From the human T2T-CHM13v2.0 reference genome, Homo sapiens: a DNA stretch of 64,000 bases. The notes under the pieces were generated by a model. It had not been told where the DNA came from and made no database searches. It was given only the letters and a program-made list of their open reading frames with translations. The position numbers and the translations under genes are program-made. Shown one piece after another: positions 13,767 through 25,440 of the stretch; position 1 is the first letter of the stretch; every line of letters begins with the position of its first letter. Location: the NCBI RefSeq assembly GCF_009914755.1, contig NC_060926.1; one strand, written 5' to 3'.

Positions 13767-15839
13767 TGTTAAAAAGTGAATATTTCAGTCCCACAAAAAT
13801 TCATATGTGGAGATCCTAACCGCCAATGTGATGGTATTAGGAGGTGGAGCTTTTGGGAGATTATTAGGTCATGAGAGTAGAGCCCCTGATGATAGGATCA
13901 ATGCCGTTATACAAGGATCCTGGAGAGCTATGTCACTTTTTCTGTCATGTGAGAGTACAGCAAGACGAACCAGGAAGCAGATTCTCACCCAACACCCAAT
14001 CTGTCAGCACCATGACTGTGGACTTCCCAGGCTCCTGAGCTGTGAGAAATAAATGTTTGTTGCTAAGCCACCTAGTTTATGATATTTTTGTTGTAGCAGC
14101 CTGAATGGATTAAAACAAAAGTTGGTACTGAGAAGAGGGGCTGCTGCTGTAACAAATACTATGTAAAAATGTGAAAGTGGCTTTGGAGCTAAGTAGAGGC
14201 TGGGAGATTGTTGAGGTGCATGCTAGAAATGTGGACATTAACATTAATTCTGATGAGGGATCAGAAAGAAAAGAAGAGTTAGAATGTAAGCCTTAATCTT
14301 CTTGGGAAATACCTAAGTAATAGTAAAGAGGATTTGGTGAAAACATGGACAGCAAAGTCCACTGTGATGAGTTCTCCAAAGGAAATGAAGAATATGCTAT
14401 TGAAAACCAGAGGAAAGCCAATTCTTGATATAAATTGACAAAGAACTTGACTGAATTGTGTTCCTGTTTTAGTGTTTTGTAGAAGCTAGAATTTGTCAGC
14501 TACCAAATTCAATGTTTAGCTAAAGGGATGTCTAAGTGAAGTGTTGAAGATATGGCTTGGCTTCTCCTGAGTGCTTACAGTAAAACGCATGAAGAAATGA
14601 CTTAAAGCTGAAATTCTTTAGCAAACAGGAAGCAGAACTTAATGATTTGGAAAATTCCCAGCCTATCTATATGGCAAAAAATTAGAACAGTAAGGTTGTG
14701 GCTAACCAATCGTTTAATAAGATTAGTATGGATTTTCCATCTCAACAGAAGCCAGATGTTATTTTTCAAGACAATGTAAGCATGACCCCAAAGATAATTC
14801 AGTGATTGGCAGGGCATTCCCTCCTATCACAAGCCCAGAAAGCACAGGCCCAGAGAGCATAGATGCCATCACCTAGGTTACAAAGAACAGTGCTGCTCAG
14901 TCTCAGGGCTGGAAACCCATTCAGGAGAGACTTGGGTGCAGAGTTTGAGCCTAGCAGAACTGCAGGGACCTAGCAGAGAACATTACTGGTTGGGGCCCCA
15001 TTAGAGAACCACTGTAGGGCTTTCTTATCAAGCCATGGGTGTGATGTTGCCATCCAATGGACATGGAAGAAAGAGCATCCAGCCAAAAGGAATAATTCTT
15101 GAGCCTTAAGGTTTAATGTAGTTTGCCCTGTTAGGTTTTGAACTTACTTGGAAGCCATTACTCTTTTACTATTTCCTATTTTTCCCTTTTGGAATGGGAA
15201 TATCTACCCTATGCCTGTTCCACCATTGTGTTTTGAAAGCTTATAACATGTTTGGTTTCACAGGTTCATAGTTAGAGAAGAATTTGCTTCAGAATGAATC
15301 ATACTCTACATCTCATCCATGTATGCTTTAGGTGATACATAGATGAGACTTTGAACTTAGACTTCACAGTTGATGCTAGAACAACTGAAGATTTTGGGGA
15401 CTGCTAGGGTGAGACTAGTGTATTTTGGGTGTGACAAGGATATAAATTGTGAATAACTAGAAATGAAATGTTATGGATTAAATATGTATGTCCCCCCAAA
15501 ATTCATATTTCAAAGCTCTAGCCCCCAAAGTGGTGGTATTGGGAGGTGGGGTATTTGGGAGGTGATTAGGTCATGAGGGTGGAGCTTCATGAATAAGATT
15601 AGTGCCATTGTCAAGGGAACCCAGAGAGCTCTTTGACTCTTTTTCCAACATGTGAGATCACAACAAGAAGATGCCTGTTTATGAACGAGGAAGCTAAGTG
15701 GGCCCTCATGAGACAGCAGATCTTCCAGTGCCTTGATTTCAAACTTTCCAGCCTCCAGAACTATGAGAAATAAATCTTGGTTGTTTAAGCCATCAAGTTT
15801 ATGGTATTTTTGTTAAAGCAGCCCGAACAGACAAAGGCA
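13767..15839 (+). mobile_element. MLT1A(0)-like MaLR provirus: LTR 13767-14117, internal region, LTR 15469-15839
   Basis: Two homologous LTRs (GGTATTAGGAGGTGG...TTAGGTCATGAG...TGAGAAATAAAT...GCAGCC); internal region begins TTGGTACTGAGAAG; TSD-like TCTTC/TTTTC. Confidence 0.9.
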
Positions 15840-16531
15840 TTTTTCTTACAGAAGAATTGCAAATAATTTACCTGTATACTTTCCTCTCCAGAAAGTAGAG
15901 CTTTATTTCTACACACTTTCTCTTTGTTCAGGAGCTATACTTACAGATTCTATTCAAAGACTAGGTTAGAATAAGAAAGCAGTATCTTTAGAGAAACTTA
16001 GCAAACAGTTACCTCAGTCAACTGTTTAAGTGACATTAGTGATATCACATGGATATAATGTGATAAAAAAGCTACTTCACCTGTGTGGAATTCTTCCCCA
16101 AAATTTATAACCTCAATCTAGTCAAAAGAAAAACACAAGACAATCCTAGATTGTAGGACTGTCTGCAAGATACCTGGCCAGTACTCTTCAATATTATTTT
16201 GCTGTTGTGGAAAAATAAAGACTGAAAAAAACTGTCACAAACTAGAGGGGACTTGGGAAGCATAACACTGAAATGCAATATTGTGTGCTGGATTCGATTC
16301 TAAAACAGAAAGATGACATCAATTTTAAAATTGGTGTAATATAAGTAAAATTCAGAATTTACTTAATATTAATGTACCAATAATGAGTTTCTTGGTTTTG
16401 ACAAATGCACATGGTAATGTAGTTGTCAATAATGAGGGAAAATTGGGTGAGAAGTACACAGTAACTTTCCTTACTACTTTCAACTTTTCTTTAAATCTAA
16501 AATTATTCCAAAATTTAAAAGCTTATTAAAA
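15840..16531 (+). mobile_element. L1MC-type 3' end
   Basis: TACCTGGCCAGTACTCTTC, AAACTGTCACA, AAATGCAATATTGTGTGCTGGAT, CAACTTTTCTTTAAATCTAAAATTATTCCAAAAT match the L1MC3/4 3'UTR. Confidence 0.85.
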
Positions 16532-17212
16532 TTGTGGTTGCCAAATAAAACTTAGCAAATGTTGCTATAGCAGAAAAGCCACAAAGTAGCTGAGATCTGA
16601 AATATTTATTGTGCATTTATTAGGAAATCTAAAAAGAGAAAAATGAATCAATGGATATGAGGAAATAGGCATAAGTAAAAGAAAGACACCAATTTTAGAA
16701 TAAAAGTGACAACAGGAACAAACGCATAAAAAGATGAACACACAATCATTGGCTGCTGGCATATCTGCACTCAAGAATAGAGTAAAAATTCTCCTGAATA
16801 GAAACAACTACAGCAATATTATCTAAGAAGAGAATGAAAATGAAACTGATACTAAGCATATGATGATCTACAATGAAGACGATAGAGTAATGCTTCAATA
16901 ATTTTAATTTTTGAATTCTATACCCAGCCAAAGTCTCAATTATACATGAGGAAAAAATAGATGAATTTGTAGGAACTTAGGGTGCACCAAATTTAAAAAC
17001 CACAGAAACTTTGTGAAATAATTACTGAGATATGTACCAGTAAAACTGAAAACAAAAGCCAAGAAAGGATAATATTTTTTTCTAGAAAATGATTACATTT
17101 TCAAAGATTTTAAGGAAAAATAGATCCCAAAAAATAAATGAACAGATAATCCATATAATCTTTACATGTGGGAAGTTCTGATTTCAGCAGCACAGAATTG
17201 GTTATAGTTAAC

Positions 17213-17380
17213 AAAAGAGAGTAGAATTGTGTGTCCTCACCACAAAAAAAAAAAAGATGAGATGTAATACATTTGTTGATTAGCTTAATTTAGCCATTTC
17301 ATAATGTATACATATATCAAAATATCATGTTCAACATCAATATATGTAAGTTTTGTCAATTAACAAATAGAAAATAACAA
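17213..17380 (+). mobile_element. L1MA-type extreme 3' end
   Basis: AAGAGAGTAGA...CTCACCACAAAAAA...TAGCTTAATTTAGCCATTTCATAATGTATACATATATCAAAATATCATGT. Confidence 0.8.
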
Positions 17381-17859
17381 TAATTATCATACAAAGTAAA
17401 AATAAAAGAGTACTTAAAAATGTGAAATGTTAAAATAGTTGTTTCTGGGAAGAGAGAATCAAGTGGAACAATGATTTCCTTTTAATTCTCACACTTTTCT
17501 ATGCTTTCCCACCATTTTATTATTGGATTTCTTAGTTTTAAATTAATAATCTTTAAAAGTGCTTTCTAAACTAACCTGAGAAAAACTTAAAACACAGGAC
17601 CCAAACATCCAGTCATATGAAGGAAATATATTGTGCTATTCGTATGTCTTTATTTTTCTTCTGTTCTTGCATTTTTTCATTAACTTAGGAGTTACAGAGA
17701 ATGTAACATGGTCAGTAATATTAAACACAAATGTTTTTTTATTTATGGAACAAAACAATTTCAAATACATTACAACTAACCTGTCCTAACCTGGCTCCAC
17801 AGTCTGTCTCCAGACTTTCTCCTCATACTTGATTTCTTGCTTCTCCTTAAAACAGACAG

Positions 17860-18110
17860 TGAATCATTCACCCATTCATTTGATTAGCATGGACTATTGC
17901 AGGGTTAAAGTTTATAATGAACTTACAATCTAGAAGAAATATAGACATGCAAAAACATCAATTACATAATAATATACATGTGTTTTAATAACAGTGAAAA
18001 AGTATTATGTGAAGAGAGTGCACACCTATGTTCCTGTGTGGTCAGGAAAAGCTCTGCAGAGGACACATACTTGTGCTCAACTTAAAGCATTAAGGAGGAA
18101 TTCAACGGTA
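17860..18110 (-). mobile_element. L2 fragment
   Basis: CATTCACCCATTCATT start, GAACTTACAATCTAG, GGTCAGGAAAAGCTCTGCAGAGG. Confidence 0.6.
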
Positions 18111-18129
18111 CGTTTTAGAGTTGGAATTG

Positions 18130-18235
18130 CTCAGGCTGAGTGAGAGGTAGCACTGCCCACCTCATCTAGCCAGTAAGTGACAGAATTAGGATTTGAATCT
18201 ACTTCATGACCTCAACCACCATGCCTCACTGTCTG
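18130..18235 (-). mobile_element. MIR fragment
   Basis: GCCAGTAAGTGACAGAATTAGGATTTGAATCTA. Confidence 0.65.
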
Positions 18236-19642
18236 TGACCATCTGCCAGTTGTATAGTCATACATTTAGAAACAAAGCCAGAGAGATCATAATAATTAGA
18301 GTGAGGCACAACTACATTTTTTCAATACTATTCAATAGGTAATAATGATGATGGCATTACTAAGAAACCGGCAGACACTACAGTCTTCATTTACAAAATT
18401 GGATGAGATAATGAGGAGCACTGTGACCTCATCACAAGCTTTCGCCAACAAGCCCACTTTAGTCTACTGATCAAACCAGGCAAACACCATGCTGCAAAGC
18501 TGAATCTGTTCCAGTACTTAAATCTGCTATTCATTTTAATGATGGTCACATGTAAGTCACCTGCTCCATTTCTGAAACTATGTCATGGGGACATGGTCTC
18601 AATGCCACCTTATTTTCCTTCTAGAGGTAAATTGAACAACCCCCAATATTAGCCCATAGCTGCTAAATAGAAGCCTATAAATCCAGATGCATCTTTGGGA
18701 CCAGCACAATGCTCCTTAATCACTTTACTCATTACTGCTTTAGCAAAACACTCAAGGCAAAATAGACAGCAAAGGGTGGATCTATTTTCAGTAATTGGCA
18801 TTGTGTAAACATGTGCAGCCAGTCAGTCCTTGAGGTATGACACTTCAGTATCACATATACATGCTTGAATTAGGTAGAAGTCATGTCCAATATAAAAATA
18901 TTTATATGCCTATTTTTACTTATTTTATAAAATTATGCAACCAAAATCATCTGCTTTCTCAAATCTAATACTTCAAGAATCAATTTTAAATATGATTTAA
19001 AGACTAAGAGATCCTTCATAATATGAGAAAATCATTCATGTATTCATAAATTAATATATATATAAGTAATTGTATTTGTCTGTGTATGTATATGTGAATG
19101 TCTACTGAATGACAGGCATTATATTACACAAATCATAGGTTGATGAATTATACAGTGCCCTTGGGTAGCTCTCCAATCAGTAAGGGAGAGAAAGAAGTAA
19201 ATAGATAACTGCAAAATGTCAGGCAGGACCTGACCCTTAGGGACTTGGAGCTTGGCTTTAGGAAGAAGGGCCTCCAGCACAGAAGTACAGCTTTAACAAT
19301 ATCCATCATGGGCCAGTGCAACTCAATATTTACACCTCGCCTTCTCCCAGCATACCCCAGGGTCTCACTCCTGCTTTGATTGATGGGGTTTTTCTTTGCT
19401 TCTGTCCTTTCTCTGGCTTTGGCTCTTGATTTAACTGTGTCTCTGGCCTTGTGGATCCACTGCATTGTCTCCTTGTTCACAGCTTGTCTCCTTGCTCCAA
19501 GTCTCTCAGCCAATTAAGAATGATAACATTGTAATTGACATCTGGCTGGGCCTTATTGTGAATGGAGCCAGTAGAGAGTAGGAATCTGATTCAGGGGTTT
19601 ACTAGGAAAGACAGGATTTAGTCCGTATTAGATAAGAGCATA

Positions 19643-19643
19643 G

Positions 19644-19676
<33 letters not shown>
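19643..19676. repeat. (TG)n microsatellite
   Basis: About 17 GT units with one GC interruption. Confidence 0.95.
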
Positions 19677-20064
19677 TTAGGAAGACATAGAAACTTACAA
19701 TAAGGAAAAAAAATTGAGTTTCAGAATATGGACACATTTTTAATTTCGGACATTTTCTTGGTTATGATGATACAAAATAAATTGAAGAAGTAGGCAATGT
19801 TAAAAGAAAGACATATTATATGTAAGTAAATATGTGGATACATTGGATGCATGTAAGCATAGATTCCTAGTCTCCACAAATATCAGCTTATCTAAAACAA
19901 GTGAAAAAACAATTATAAACAATTACCTTATCAATGTTTAAATGAGGTTCATTATTCTCAGAATCACTGAAATTTACCTAGGTAGGGCAATGTTTTTCTG
20001 CTCGTGTTTACAGTAGGCCCAATTTAGATTCCTAATGCATGGCATTCCCCTTTACTGGGGTTCA

Positions 20065-20480
20065 AACATTCACTCCATGCATATTTTGGAACACCTTCTA
20101 TGTTGAGGATATAAAAAGAAATAAAAAATAAGCAAATAAACATTAACTACATGAAGTGACAATATGTGCTATGAAGGCAAGAAAAACAGAGAGTTTGACA
20201 GGGATGCGGGTTGCACTTTAGTTACATTGGTCAGAGAAGTTCTCTCTGATAAGATGACCCATGGAATACAAGCCACATGAGGTCAAGGAGAAAGCTAGGT
20301 GGGTGTCTATAGAACAAGGAGCATAACGACCCTGAGATGGAAGCACTCCAAATGTGGCAAGGAGGCTGGAGCACAGTAAAGCAACCATAGCACAGAGGGT
20401 GGGCAGAGAGATAGCAGAGGAAAAACTTGAACTGGGGGAGGCAGTCCCACGTGTGGAAATGGGCTCCAGGCAGAGGGAGT
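20065..20480 (-). mobile_element. L2 fragment
   Basis: TGTGCTATGAAGG, GGTCAGAGAAGTTCTCTCTGATAAGATGAC, CCCTGAGATGG, GCAAGGAGGCTGGAGCACAGT. Confidence 0.7.
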
Positions 20481-20624
20481 CAAAAGAGCTCCTTTCTTAG
20501 GGAAAACTTCATTGATGAAATGAGTTATAAGCTGAAAAACCAAGGGTGCATAAGAATGAATGGACCAGAATGGGGATAGGCAGGAAAGGACTTTGCTGAA
20601 GATCCCCATTCCACAGGCAATACC

Positions 20625-20780
20625 CAGGCTGAGCTTGGCTACTGACTAGCCCTGTGACCTTGAAAAATAGAACCCTCCTAGAACTCAGTTTATGCATTGA
20701 TAAAATGGGTACAATAACAATGTCTCAGTGGGTTTTTGCAAGGAGGGAAAGAACGTATGCACGTTAGCCTGTCTTATCAA
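20625..20780 (+). mobile_element. MIR SINE
   Basis: ACTAGCCCTGTGACCTTG...CTCAGTTTATGCATTGATAAAATGGG. Confidence 0.7.
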
Positions 20781-21506
20781 CATTCTCACAGGACTTTGGG
20801 GCATAAGCTCAAGGCAGACCTTGCATGTCTCATGAAGTAAGAGAGAAGAGCCACCTCTGGCACATTTAAGAGTATGTTTCTGTAAAGAGGAGAAAAAAAA
20901 ATGGAAGTGGGGGGATACAGGGAGATATGAGGTTAAGAAAGGTGTCCCTTGTGTTTGCTTGTTTGTAGCAGATGGGATATATGATGGCATACTGGTGTCC
21001 GGTTTGGAAAGACCTAGTAAATAGGGGACATTCTATGTTAGAGGAGAGGTAGGAATTGACTGCAGCCCAAAGCCTCGAGTAGGTGAGAGGTGCGGCTCTG
21101 AGGCATGTGCAAAGGAAACAACCTGTGTTTGGATGAGTGGGTGGCAAGAGTATGTGGAAGGCCTGTTCTGAGTCTCTTTGGCTACCAGCATTGATTTCTC
21201 TTCACCTAGCAAAACAACCAAAACCTAATTTTCAAAGGATCTTTACTTTTTTGTTTCCTAGAATCCTGAAGGCAGAGGGAGTCCCTATCTAAATGACTGT
21301 CATCTCTATCCTATCTATGTAGAATCTGATGACACTTTCTCCTATCCAAGGTCCCATGTTTCATTTACCCTCCTTTGATAATGGATACGCCAACCAGTCT
21401 CCATCCTTGTCAGTAAGTCTCGAGACCTGTAGCCATGTTGAGCTTGAATGATAATCTGCAGTACTTTGGGAATCTGGCAGCATCTCAGCAATGTTCCCTG
21501 TTAGGC

Positions 21507-21690
21507 GAGTGCTTCTCAAAGTATGGTCCTCAGAGCGGCAGCAGAAGCACTGGATACCTTTGTAGAATGACAAATTATCGGGTCCCATCGCAGAGCTGCT
21601 GAATCAGAAACCCTGGATATGGAAAACAGCACTTTGTGTTTTTTAAAACACAGATGACTCAGAGCCACATTCTGGGGGTAAGAAATGCTG
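21507..21690 (+). mobile_element. MER5A (hAT-Charlie MITE)
   Basis: AGTGCTTCTCAAAGTATGGTCC...GGCAGCAGAAGCAC...CTGAATCAGAAACCCTGG. Confidence 0.8.
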
Positions 21691-23924
21691 TTTTGGGCTG
21701 GGGGAGAGACAAAATAATTCATCTAAGGAGAATAAATAAAACCCATCTTTTTTCAGGTAACTGACATCCCCCCAACCCCCAAACACTAATTCAGAAAATA
21801 TACACACCATATATAGAGTCACAATAGAAAATTTAGAAACTGAGTAAATTAGAAAAAGTGTTAAAGGTCAGTCAGGGTCCCATCGCTCAAATACAACCAG
21901 CTTTAATCTTTTGTTCTTTTATTTCTAAAGACAACAATGTGTTCTTTGCTGTTATCGTGCTTGCAGCTGAGGCTGGCTACTTTCGCTGGTGAACTGAAGG
22001 CACTTACCATATTGGAATTAGCCTGAAGCTTCGGGAACCATTCATATTTTTGTTCAGCAAAATGCACTTTGCTTACGGCTTGCTTTTCTTGAAGATGTGT
22101 ATCTCTCTGTGGCCAGACAGACGCTATTTCCCTGTTTTCTATGGGCATCCTTAAATTATTTATGCAGTCAATAAACATCTTATAAGTAACTACTCATTCG
22201 GGCTGAATTGATGTTTGTGCTAACTAGAAAAGAATGTTGGTTCTGGCACTTTGTTACCTTTGCACCTTATAAATAGAAGGGATTTAGTAAAGAAGCATGG
22301 ATGTTAGGGACTCCCTGAAGCTTTTTGCAAGAGAGTTATGAAGGGGAGGGAACCCAGAGCCAGGAACTAATTAGCACATTGACTGCCAATTCAGGCACTC
22401 TTGGGCCTGACTAGGAGGTGGGAGGCGGGGTGGGTGGAGACTTGCAAATGTGTCTATCATATTAGCCTTCTCACTCATTTATTAATTCTTGCCAGTGCAT
22501 TTCTTCCTTTCTATTCTTCCATTTCTCAGCAGTACCTGCTTCTATACTTCTCTGTTTTCTTTTCCTCTTCCAATTTATCTTTCTGTATCCCTACTCTTCC
22601 ATAACTATTTCATCTATTCAATATAGAAAACACAATAAATATCTCTACATCATTTCTGCACCATCTTTCTTCTTTGCCTTACCAAAGAAAAAAAAGTCTA
22701 TTTTGCATTCACATTTTGTTTTCTTTTACCTCCTTGTAGGCAAAGACTGCATGCTTTTAGATTAGCTTGTTTAAAGGATTTTCTTAAAAATCCTTTAGAA
22801 TGTTCACAACAAAAGACAGTCTATTTTCTTTTACGTTAGTGATTTTATCAAGTAAGATTTATAAAAGAACAACACAGAACTCACAAAAAAAGTATTTTTT
22901 TAAAAAATTTGCATCTCTGAATCTAAACATGCTTACACCTACTCACCTGTGGTAGATACAAGGCAGGAAAGCAAACAGCAAAAGGATGGTATGTAGAGAG
23001 AAAGACCCCATTTGTTAACACACATTCTGCTGTAGTATCCCATAACAGGTAAATGCATATGCATATTTTAAATCCTGTTAATTACTTAATGTGAACTGAA
23101 AGAAATAGGTTTTTATCTTAGTTGTGTTTTCATTCACCTTTTCAGTGATTTTAGAGGCTTACTTGTAATCCTTACCTTTTCATGAAATGATCCAGTAGTT
23201 TAATAGTATTATGTTTTTTCAGTCTAAATTTTGTCTGCTTTTAAGAAATAAAATATTTATATTTGTTAAATATAGAATCAACAATTATTTTTCTAGTAAA
23301 TTCTAAGAAAAGATACTACCTTGGGTGGGTAAAATAATGTCATCAGTTAGGCACTTTTTTGCTACTTTTACTATTCTCATTCCTTCTCTGCTAAGATGAA
23401 CTGCCCTAAAATTAAATACAGTATGTTAATCTGGTATCAATAAAGTTATGCAGGCATTAGCAGAAAACTATATTAATTCATTGTGTCACAGGAATGCTTT
23501 TAGGCATTCTTTTCAGCCCAGGCAGTCAATGCAGCAGGTGGTCTGCCTTGCTCATTTCCTTTGTTATCACCTTGCTCTCTGGTCCCAGATCAGGCTAATC
23601 AAGGTCAAATGCCTTGATGTCCTAGTTCTGGCTTTCGTTTATTTACCAAGGATAGAGTAGAGAATGGCTGAGTGAAAGGGCTATGACCAATCTTCTGTAC
23701 ATACTTTAATTGTTCTCAATCTGTGATCCTATCAAAGGCATATTTTATCCTAGTAGTGCATTATTATTTGAATATGTTTATACATATTAAAGTGTTTTAC
23801 CAATAAAATGATCACAACTTGGTGCTAACATATTTTGTTCAGTGCTGCAAGTTGGTAATACTAATGTAATAATATGTAATAATATTCTTGTCACACATCT
23901 GCATGCCCCAAATAGCATGTATCT

Positions 23925-23942
23925 GTGTGTGCCTGTGTGTAT

Positions 23943-23977
<35 letters not shown>
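23925..23977. repeat. (TG)n microsatellite
   Basis: Pure TG run at ~23946-23977 with a degenerate 5' part. Confidence 0.95.
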
Positions 23978-23978
<1 letters not shown>

Positions 23979-25149
23979 AGGGAAAGATACAACACTGGAT
24001 ACTTGAACCAATTCATAAGGAATTCAATGGTCTAGCAGTAAATTGGGACACTCAGGGGAGCAATTTGGAAGAAGTACTTAAGATTAAACACTTAGTACTT
24101 AACACAACTGTTTTACTGACTAACAGATCATTACCTAGTGGTTGACAAAGTATTTTCACAGCTATACCTGTCAGTCAATTCTACCAGCTCACTTTTTAAT
24201 TAGCAAATCTTGAAACCACAACCAATTAGGGGTGGAATGGCAAGCAAATGGTAAATTCCATTTTGTTCTCTTTATTGTCTTTAAACTGTTCTACAGTACT
24301 TATTTTCTAAGATAATGATGATGAAATAAAAGAATAAGCAACTTTTTGTTTAGAAAATTAATTCATAACTTACTTTATCACTAGTAAATATAGAAATACT
24401 TTATGTATGTGTATGTTTGTTGTGTGTGAATGTGTATAACCATGCCATTTATTCTTGATATCAAAGTAGAATATTTTTCCATGGTAAAGGAAGGTTATAG
24501 TATCAGTAAGATTTAAGAGATAGATATTAAGATTAACTAAACAACGTAGCCACAAAGGGGTCTTGATATTTCCTCTTCTGAAATAATAATACTATTGTAA
24601 ATGTGCTTTTTAATTTTTTAACGTTTCCCTTCGTGCCCTTTAACTAGGTGACTACTGAATAAGTGTATACATAAAATGTGAGTAAAATTTCTACTTTATA
24701 CTTATCTTAAGGTTGGAAAAGCAGGGAAGTAAAGAAGTGCTGCAAATTTGAAATTCTTCTTTCTGGGAATATTATCTACTCTTTATTAGATGGATCTCTG
24801 GTAGGGACTGAGATCCTGAACTGATTTCTCTAAATTCTCGGTGCAAGGAATCTTTAGCTGAATGGTCAAAGATGAATGAGAAAATTCAATGTTTGCCTCA
24901 GAATGAGCAGATCTAATTGTCACTGCATACATAAATCTCAGCCACCTAAATTTATTTATAAATTTGAGGACTCCCTTAGAAACACTGTCCAAATCTCAGC
25001 TAGATATGTGACATGATCTTGCACTATATCCAGGAGGGTAAAAGGACAAAATTTGGGTTAGAGGCAAGTCTAGTTTTATAACTCTCTAACTAATTAAATA
25101 CCTGTACCAAAACTAAGATAAAAATTATATTTCAATTAGGAACTAAGGA

Positions 25150-25440
25150 GGCCTTACCACTTGACTCTGTGCTGCTGAATATGTTTTATCAATGATTTCT
25201 CTAGAGATGAAAATGCATGCTTATCTAATAAAATTTGGGAATGATAGAAAGGGCCAACCACTATGTAGAAAGACAGACTTAAAAAATTGTTTAAAGATCC
25301 AGCATGATTAATTTTTAAATGTTAAAAATGCAAAGTCCTAAATTAGGTGAGAAAAATGATATGTACTAATAGAGAGCAGGAAATGTCTTCTCTGATAAGA
25401 ACTTATGAAAACATTATCCAGAGTCTTCAGGACTGAAGTG
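25150..25440 (+). mobile_element. CR1/L3 LINE, reverse-transcriptase remnant
   Basis: TTTTATCAATGA (FIND), CATGCTTATC..AAATTTGGGAATGATAGAAA (decayed MLIKFADDTK), AAATGCAAAGTCCTAAATTAGG (KCKVL). Confidence 0.7.

Larger units (their letters stand above)
12325..17550 (+). mobile_element. HAL1/L1M-like ORF1-bearing element, fragmented by later insertions
   Basis: 5' motif TTCAAGATGGTG; A-rich ORF1 remnant; GAATTCTATACCCAGCCAAA (ILYPAK, ORF1 C-terminal motif) near 16915; no ORF2 seen after it. Confidence 0.55.

Noticed and set aside
22772-22797. 11-bp perfect hairpin TAAAGGATTTT-CTTA-AAAATCCTTTA
   Set aside because: AT-rich and too short for a pre-miRNA; plausible by chance or local template switch.
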